Assembly: GCA_964426915.1 (NCBI GenBank)
Contig: CAYRTD010000005.1
Span: 1 to 62,686 of the forward strand
Source: an uncultured Bacteroidaceae bacterium
Lineage (GTDB): Bacteria > Bacteroidota > Bacteroidia > Bacteroidales > GCA-2748055
Length of the DNA: 62,686 nt
Reading direction: 5' to 3'
The position numbers and the translations under genes are program-made. Each line of letters opens with the position of its first letter. Positions within the stretch are counted from its first letter, which is position 1. This document shows positions 57,144-62,686 of the stretch, in pieces. The notes below the pieces were generated by a model that was given only the letters and a program-made list of their open reading frames with translations, made no database searches and was not told the DNA's origin.

Positions 57144-57886
57144 GTAATAATTTCAGTTATCTGTACTGCCAGCAAGTCAAGTATAAAAATTGATAAGGAG
57201 GAAAGTACCACTGCGGAATTTGTTGCCGATCCGACTCCTTCGGCACCTTTACTGGTGTAATAACCTCTGTAACAACTTAATATCCCAATAGCAAAGCCGA
57301 AAAAATAGGTTTTGATAAGAGAAGGAATTATATCCACAAAGTCAATGGCACTGAAAGCATCACGAAAAAAAAGTTGCAATGACATGCTGCTGTTCATAAT
57401 AATTCCAAGGTAGGTTCCCATCAGTGCAATAAAATCACCATATACGATCAAAACCGGAAGAATAAAGGTAGCGGCGAGTACACGAGTGCTCACCAGGTAT
57501 TTTATAGGATAGGTGCCACTTACTTCCATGGCATCAATTTGTTCTGTTACCCTCATGGAACCGAGTTCAGCCCCGATTCCCGAACCTACCTTACCGGCAA
57601 AGATCAGGGAGAAAATAACGGGTCCAATTTCACGAAGTACCGAGATAAACACCATGCCCGGCAGAATAGATTCTGCTCCCAGGCTAACAAGAACGGGTCT
57701 GGTCTGAAGTGTAAGCACTAAGCCCAAAATAAGCGCTGTTATGCTCACCAGCCCCAGGGTTTTTACTCCGGCAATATAACACTGCCTTACAAATTCACTA
57801 AACTCAAATGGCCTTTTAAAACTAAAACGCAATGTTCTAAAAGTGAAAAGAGTGAATTTCGCGATCTCTTCAAAAAAATTATTCAC
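57140..57886 (-). CDS. MlaE-family ABC transporter permease
   Basis: 248 aa. 'LREIGPVIFSLIFAGKVGSGIGAELGSMRVTEQIDAMEV' is the conserved MlaE/DUF140 block. Confidence 0.85.
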   Translation of the reverse strand: MNNFFEEIAKFTLFTFRTLRFSFKRPFEFSEFVRQCYIAGVKTLGLVSITALILGLVLTLQTRPVLVSLGAESILPGMVFISVLREIGPVIFSLIFAGKVGSGIGAELGSMRVTEQIDAMEVSGTYPIKYLVSTRVLAATFILPVLIVYGDFIALMGTYLGIIMNSSMSLQLFFRDAFSAIDFVDIIPSLIKTYFFGFAIGILSCYRGYYTSKGAEGVGSATNSAVVLSSLSIFILDLLAVQITEIIT

Positions 57887-58132
57887 GATAGTTATTAATA
57901 ATTGTCAGTTAGTGCTTGTAAAAATTTTCCATGAAGATATGATGATTTTTTTAATTATGGAATAATTATACTTTGTTTGCGCATTGGAAAAAAATAGATC
58001 CACCCCTGTTGTCAATGCATACTTTTACTATTGATGCAAATGTTGGTGTGATTGGGAAATAATCATCTTCGGGTCCCATGCTATGAGAAGAATTACATAT
58101 AAGACAGCTTCATCTGTCGAAGCGAGATAGCA

Positions 58133-58816
58133 CTACTGTTCTTGCGATAGTTTGATAATTTCCTTATCTATATCTTCCAGTTCTTTTATAACAGACTTAA
58201 CCTTTTTCTGAGCAAAAGTCTGCACGGGAACCCGGTTATCATTGTTTTTGTATGCCAGGTAAATATGCATGCCCAACTGGGATGCAGCTTTCTTTTTATC
58301 TTCATTAAGCTTATTTATCTCATACCGGTCGCGATACTGGTCCGCTACTTTCTGGGCATAATTGACACCCTCAGCTGTGAGATCCGATCCCTGTTTAAAT
58401 GCACCTTTGGCTTTTTCCCTTATTGCACCGAAAATATTTTCGGAATAGGAGCTGACTTTTTCAGCAAAATCCTTTGCTTCTTCATTTAATGTTCTTGCTC
58501 CGGCAGAAACATTTTCCTGGACATCATCCCAGAAAGCTTTATCGGTGGTTTGATCCGATATATCCTTAAATTTTTCTTTTGCTGAATCCACTTGTTTTTT
58601 TGCTTCTTTCTTTGTTTTTTGGTCTGCGTCTTTTAGGTTTTCTCTTAGCTTTTCAGATGCCGACTTTGCCTGTTCAGCTTTTTCGTCAATTGTTTTTGCT
58701 GTCTTTTTTACCGTTTCTTTTGCTTTTTCCTTTGCTGCATCTTTGGACTTTTTTGAAGAGGCAGCAGTTTCTTTTTTTGTTGTCGTCTTTTTTGTGTCAC
58801 CGGTTTTGCGTGCCAT
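58133..58816 (-). CDS. Lys/Glu/Ala-rich low-complexity protein, unknown function
   Basis: 227 aa. The N-terminal two thirds are KE-rich and predicted disordered/helical. The C-terminal ~70 aa are more ordinary. No motif recognised. Confidence 0.5.
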   Translation of the reverse strand: MARKTGDTKKTTTKKETAASSKKSKDAAKEKAKETVKKTAKTIDEKAEQAKSASEKLRENLKDADQKTKKEAKKQVDSAKEKFKDISDQTTDKAFWDDVQENVSAGARTLNEEAKDFAEKVSSYSENIFGAIREKAKGAFKQGSDLTAEGVNYAQKVADQYRDRYEINKLNEDKKKAASQLGMHIYLAYKNNDNRVPVQTFAQKKVKSVIKELEDIDKEIIKLSQEQ

Positions 58817-58837
58817 AATATAGATTTTTAAGGTTTC

Positions 58838-59158
58838 CTAATAGTCAGGTTTGGAAGGGGCTGCATTGTCAGGCGCTTCAGAAGTTTCATCTTCCTTTCT
58901 TGCTTCCATTTCCTTCAGCTTTTTAATCTCCTCATCTTTCTTTTTAATTTTGTTCTTCATTCTTAAAAATTCAGAAAAAGAGAAAATATAGCTTAATATA
59001 GCTCCTACAGCAATGGAGAGTATTATCAGAAGCGAAAGTGAAATACTAAACTTGAATTTGAATAACTGCAATTGTACGGGTTCGGCATTTTCAATGGCAA
59101 AAAGAACAAGAAAAATGCTTATAATCAGTACAATTATGTATGATACCTGTGTTTTCAT
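58838..59158 (-). CDS. LapA-like (DUF1049) small inner-membrane protein
   Basis: 106 aa with two TM helices. 'IFLVLFAIENAEPVQLQLF..F..SLSLLIILSIAVGAILSYI' fits the LapA/DUF1049 pattern. Charged C-terminal tail. Confidence 0.6.
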   Translation of the reverse strand: MKTQVSYIIVLIISIFLVLFAIENAEPVQLQLFKFKFSISLSLLIILSIAVGAILSYIFSFSEFLRMKNKIKKKDEEIKKLKEMEARKEDETSEAPDNAAPSKPDY

Positions 59159-59245
59159 AGTTTATAAGATAAGGAATTTCAGTTTAAAAAACAAAAAAAG
59201 TAATTTTTCCCAGATCAGGGAATAAAAAGTTTCTACCCGGTGTTA

Positions 59246-59500
59246 ATTTTTGTCCAGAAAGTCCGCCATCTGCGATATGCCCGCCCCAGAAATGCTCATC
59301 CGCCCCGGGCGGGCTGCGCATTTTGGGCCTTGTGCCTCTGCACGCGGTCGCATGCCCGGTTAAAAACGGGACAGGCCCGCCTGCCGTTGCTCTGGCCATC
59401 CTTAGGCGGGCAGGATTGATCTCGACCTTTAGCTTCGCTGAGCTCACCGCCAATTGGCGGTTCGGTTCTGATTAAACACTTGACTTTATTGACGGTCACT
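59246..59500. repeat. Hairpin-repeat family member with ~200-bp GC-rich payload (copy E)
   Basis: The left arm tgtccagaaagtccgccatctgcgat (59251-59276) matches tgtccataatgtccaatatctgcgtt at about 20 of 26 nt. The right modules ttgatctcgaccttt (59415-59430) and cttgactttattgacggtcact (59479-59500) match copy A (ttgatctcggacatt; ctcgactctattgacagacact). The interior is visibly GC-rich with several short perfect hairpins (gcccgcct/aggcgggc; accgcc-aatt-ggcggt). Confidence 0.55.
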
Positions 59501-59536
59501 ACCACGATAACTAAACACTTAAGGAATTGTTCACTT

Positions 59537-62473
59537 TCAGTACCGGGGATCCGGTTTTAGGGGGAGTTTTGCCATTTTTTTCACTTCAAGGACCGGAAAA
59601 CCGAATTCTTCTACAATTTTCCCCAGGATCAGATAGACCCCGTATCCACGATAAGGATATTTTCTAAGTGAATCCGGAAAGTTAACAGTATCAAAAAATT
59701 CACCTTCCGAATCCAGAAAAGCTCCGAAATGCATATAGTCTTTTTTTACCGTATAAACATTTTTGAGAGCGGCCAGATTCCCTGTCATTCGCACCTCAGC
59801 ACCAATATTATTTACAAGGTCACGAGCCATTATCTCACCCCGGAATTTTGTCTGTAAGAGATCAAAATAGCTGAGACTTACAGGAAATCCCAGTAATTCA
59901 ATTTCATCGTAGGCATCCTCAATATCACTTTCAACAAGCACCGGTAGCTGAAACTCGCGTTTTTTTATACCGAACAGTTCAAGAGCAGTTGTATCTTTTC
60001 TTTTTTTTCCGGTATACATGTGGGTTTCCCACAGGAGTTCTTTTTTGGTTTTTCCCGTAAATCGCAATGCATTAATGCGAATAAGAATGATCATTTGCTC
60101 CCTGCCCGCAGCTACGCGGGAGATGAAGTTTTCAAGACTGGTATATTTTCCGTTTCTGTTTCGTTCCCTGATGATCGTTTCAACAACATTTTTTTCAAGA
60201 TTCTGAATATGTATAAAACCTGTATATATGTCCCTGCCCTTTATAGAAGTAAGATATTCACCTTCATTAACGCAGGGAAGAAGTAAATTTGCCCCGCAGC
60301 GTTTTGCTTCATTGAAATAGACCCAGCTACGGTAAAATCCACCGAAGTTATTGATCACAGCAACCATGAACTCAAGAGGATAATGAGCCTTAAGGTAAAG
60401 GCTCTGGAAACTTTCCACGGCATAGGAAGCTGAATGGGCCTTGGAAAAGGAATAACCGGCAAAAGAGTTGATCTGTCTCCAGACCTCATCGCTCAATTCA
60501 TCGGGGTAACCAAGAGCCCTGCAGTTACTTTTATAGCGTGCAGCAATACGCTCAAACTCTTTTGACGAACGATATTTACCGCTCATGGCCCGGCGCAGGA
60601 CATCAGCATCGGCTAGATCCAGGCCGGCGAAATGATGGCAGACTTTGATCACATCTTCCTGGTAAACCATCACACCATAGGTCTCTTTCAATTGCTTTTC
60701 CATAACAGGGTGCAGATATTCGAAGCCATCCGGATTGTGGAAGCGTTTGATGTATTCTTTCATCATGCCCGATTTTGCCACCCCCGGCCGTATAATGGAA
60801 CTCGCGGCAACAAGGCTGAGGTAATCGTTACACCGGAGTTTTTTAAGTAAGCCGCGCATGGCAGGGCTTTCAATATAAAAGCAGCCGTTGGTTTCGCCTT
60901 CTTCGAGTTGTTTTCTGACCTTTGGATCAGTTATAAACTCCTGTACACGATGTACATCAACACTGATTTTCTGATTCTCAAGAATAATATCTGCAGCATC
61001 TCCTATGTGGCCGATTCCCCGCTGACTCAGGATGTCCAGTTTTTCATAACCGATCTCCTCGGCTACGTACATATCCCACTGAGTAGCCGGAAATCCTTTG
61101 GGAGGCATATCCAGTGCTACATAATTGGTTATAGGCTCTTCAGAGATCAGTACTCCTCCGGCATGAATACTTCTCAGGTTGGGAAAGTTAACCAGTTTAC
61201 TCCCCAACCGGTAGATATTGCCGGTAATTTCACCTTTATTCAAAGGATTTCCCGGATCATTTACAAGCATGTCGATCTCTGCGGAAGGTAAGCCATAAAC
61301 CTTACCAAGCTCCCGGAAAATTGAACGGCCTTTAAAAGTGGAAATTGTACCTATAAAGGCTGTGTGCCGTTTCCCATATCGTTTGAAAATATAATCCAGC
61401 ACATCATCCCTTTCCCGCCATGAATAATCAATGTCGAAATCAGGAGGGCTGCTTCTTTTCGGATTGATAAAGCGTTCAAAATACAGGTCAAGTTTAATGG
61501 GGTCTACATTGGTGATCCTGAGGCAATAGGCAACGACCGAATTTGCTCCGCTTCCCCTGCCTACATGATAATATCCACATGACATTGAATAACGTATCAC
61601 ATCCCAGGTAATAAGAAAATAAGATGAAAAGCCCAACTTGTCGATGATCTGAAGCTCATGCTTTACCCGTCTTTTGGCTTCTTCATTGTTTTTCCCATAA
61701 CGGTAATGCATTCCTTCTATGGCGAGCTTTTCAAGAAGAATGCGGTCATCATTACGTGAAGAAGTGAATACCTGTTTGTTTTTTATGCTCCGGTAATCAA
61801 AAGCTATTCCGCAATCGCGGATCAAAGCCTCTGAATTTCGGATAATACCCGGATAATCCTCATAAGCACACAACAATAAATCAATTGGTAGCATTATTTC
61901 CCGGTCCGTACCCGTATTTTCCGGTTTGAGTTTTGATAATAAGGTATTGTGATCGATAGCCCTGAGATGACGGTGAATAATATAATCCTCTTTACCTGCA
62001 AAGCTTACCGGGTGCCAGATAATGAGTTTTTCCCGGCGGTTACGATAGGGAGAGGTGAAGAGCTTGTTAAGATCGGAGATGCGGATTCCTATCAGTTCGT
62101 TAGTTCTTAAGCGTTCCGGATGGCGGCTCCATGAATAAATGATCCATACATTTTCAAACTCAGGTGGGCGGGAGGGCAGGGGCTCTTTATTTTCGTTATG
62201 CCAGGAGAGGAACTCGTTCAGCTCACAGAATCCTCGATTGTTACGGGCAAGCCCGGTATAAAGATATTTATCCCCGTCTCTGAACTCTATCCCGGCAATG
62301 GGATGTATCCCATTTTCATTGCAGAGCCTTACAAAGTCGATCATTCCCGTACTGTTATTGATATCGGTAAGCGCCAGCGCTTCCACATTATTTTTAACGG
62401 CCTCTTCCACCAGTTTTTCCGGTGAAAGGGTTCCATAGCGAAGACTATAGTATGTGTGTGTATTGAGGTACAT
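59537..62473 (-). CDS. dnaE2: DnaE2-type (error-prone) DNA polymerase III alpha-like subunit
   Basis: 978 aa. N-terminal PHP domain with a degenerate metal site ('YLNTHTYYSLRYG'). Pol III alpha core blocks 'PPDFDIDYSW', 'IHAGGVLIS', 'YEKLDILSQRGI', 'GVMVYQEDV', 'FAGYSFSKAHSASYA'. The short length and lack of a C-terminal tau/OB extension favour DnaE2 over replicative DnaE. Confidence 0.8.
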   Translation of the reverse strand: MYLNTHTYYSLRYGTLSPEKLVEEAVKNNVEALALTDINNSTGMIDFVRLCNENGIHPIAGIEFRDGDKYLYTGLARNNRGFCELNEFLSWHNENKEPLPSRPPEFENVWIIYSWSRHPERLRTNELIGIRISDLNKLFTSPYRNRREKLIIWHPVSFAGKEDYIIHRHLRAIDHNTLLSKLKPENTGTDREIMLPIDLLLCAYEDYPGIIRNSEALIRDCGIAFDYRSIKNKQVFTSSRNDDRILLEKLAIEGMHYRYGKNNEEAKRRVKHELQIIDKLGFSSYFLITWDVIRYSMSCGYYHVGRGSGANSVVAYCLRITNVDPIKLDLYFERFINPKRSSPPDFDIDYSWRERDDVLDYIFKRYGKRHTAFIGTISTFKGRSIFRELGKVYGLPSAEIDMLVNDPGNPLNKGEITGNIYRLGSKLVNFPNLRSIHAGGVLISEEPITNYVALDMPPKGFPATQWDMYVAEEIGYEKLDILSQRGIGHIGDAADIILENQKISVDVHRVQEFITDPKVRKQLEEGETNGCFYIESPAMRGLLKKLRCNDYLSLVAASSIIRPGVAKSGMMKEYIKRFHNPDGFEYLHPVMEKQLKETYGVMVYQEDVIKVCHHFAGLDLADADVLRRAMSGKYRSSKEFERIAARYKSNCRALGYPDELSDEVWRQINSFAGYSFSKAHSASYAVESFQSLYLKAHYPLEFMVAVINNFGGFYRSWVYFNEAKRCGANLLLPCVNEGEYLTSIKGRDIYTGFIHIQNLEKNVVETIIRERNRNGKYTSLENFISRVAAGREQMIILIRINALRFTGKTKKELLWETHMYTGKKRKDTTALELFGIKKREFQLPVLVESDIEDAYDEIELLGFPVSLSYFDLLQTKFRGEIMARDLVNNIGAEVRMTGNLAALKNVYTVKKDYMHFGAFLDSEGEFFDTVNFPDSLRKYPYRGYGVYLILGKIVEEFGFPVLEVKKMAKLPLKPDPRY

Positions 62474-62487
62474 TGTTTTTGCCTAAT

Positions 62488-62686
62488 TGTGTCTGTCCAT
62501 AATGTCCGATATCGGCGTTGCCCGACTCTATTGACAGGCACTACTTACACTCTCACCAGTACCGATTTATCGGTACGACTTACAAGATAATGCTCAAACA
62601 TTATCGACTAACTCCTATACGCTCCTTGATCCCGATCCCGATAGCTATCAGAACAGCCACCCGACTACTCTTGCGCCCCTCACCCT
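62488..62686. repeat. Hairpin-repeat family, copy C (shortened) plus further modules, running to the window edge
   Basis: tgtgtctgtccataatgtccgatatcggcgttgc joins directly to ccgactctattgacaggcact (62488-62542). This is followed by the palindrome gtaccgat-tt-atcggtac and a second right-arm-like module ccttgatcccgatcccgatagctatcagaacagccacccgact (compare copy B). Confidence 0.7.

Noticed and set aside
59251-59276. 'cagaaagtccgcc' resembles the RNase P RNA 'GAGGAAAGUCCGGGC' core, within a GC-rich ~250-nt region of about the right size for a structured RNA gene.
   Set aside because: The segment aligns much better to the left arm of the hairpin repeat family (tgtccataatgtcc...atctgcg). I could not find the other conserved RNase P blocks. 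I also found no tmRNA tag ORF or terminal CCA context, and no cobalamin 'B12 box' or GCCACTG motif.
59184-59505. ORFs 59184..59453(-) and 59296..59505(-), which lie in the GC-rich stretch.
   Set aside because: They lie entirely within repeat copy E, are Arg/Gly/Pro/Ala-rich as expected from random translation of GC-rich DNA, overlap each other and have no recognisable motifs.
62341-62541. ORF 62341..62541(-), 66 aa, overlapping the dnaE2 start and repeat copy C.
   Set aside because: It is out of frame with dnaE2, and its 5' half is repeat sequence. No supporting features.
1-62686. A search by eye for tRNA (GTTCGAATC-type T-arms), rRNA, CRISPR arrays, transposases/integrases, toxin-antitoxin pairs and known defence-system genes.
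   Set aside because: None was found. The only regular short-period repeats are the 25-bp x3 and 170-bp x2.7 arrays, and neither has the repeat-spacer structure of a CRISPR array.

Overview
This 62.7-kb AT-rich window is chromosomal DNA from a member of the Bacteroidota, judged from SusC/SusD pairs, a hybrid two-component regulator and seven proteins ending in Por/T9SS C-terminal sorting domains. All calls rest on motif recognition in the supplied ORF translations and on reading the DNA by eye; no database search or folding was run.

Gene content, left to right:
- An NHEJ LigD split into three cistrons (PE, Lig, Pol), with no Ku in view.
- A dgkA gene broken by a frameshift in an A9 run.
- A CPBP-like membrane protein, convergent with a two-gene pair: an HxxxDG acyltransferase and a zinc-ribbon polytopic membrane protein.
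- kdsA-rarA, an outer-membrane barrel protein, a DUF1801 protein, a YfcC-type transporter and a RelA-like RSH.
- A ~31-kb polysaccharide-utilisation locus (16.4-47 kb). It holds GH88, a heparinase II/III-like enzyme, an HTCS regulator and two tandem SusC/SusD pairs. These are followed by a run of large T9SS-secreted non-CAZyme proteins (NHL propeller plus 9 helical repeats, two LamG paralogs, a triple-LTD CotH), then GH28 and a decayed sulfatase relic.
- Another T9SS protein, a TonB-dependent receptor, a GT2, a trypsin-like S1 protease with Ig-like domains, a LapA-like/KE-rich/MlaEFD envelope cluster and a DnaE2-type polymerase.

I found no rRNA, tRNA, CRISPR array, transposase or integrase.

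The least explained signals are non-coding:
- A modular family of long-hairpin intergenic repeats has a nearly invariant ~34-nt arm lying 11-31 nt upstream of the start codons of ligD-pol, dnaE2 and a lipoprotein gene. Two copies keep the hairpin but have different apical stems, and one copy carries a GC-rich payload.
- A ~170-bp tandem array, each unit with an 8-bp inverted repeat, lies upstream of the DUF1801 gene.
- A terminator has its 5' arm triplicated.

The best protein-level candidate for something undescribed is the T9SS cargo block embedded in the PUL.
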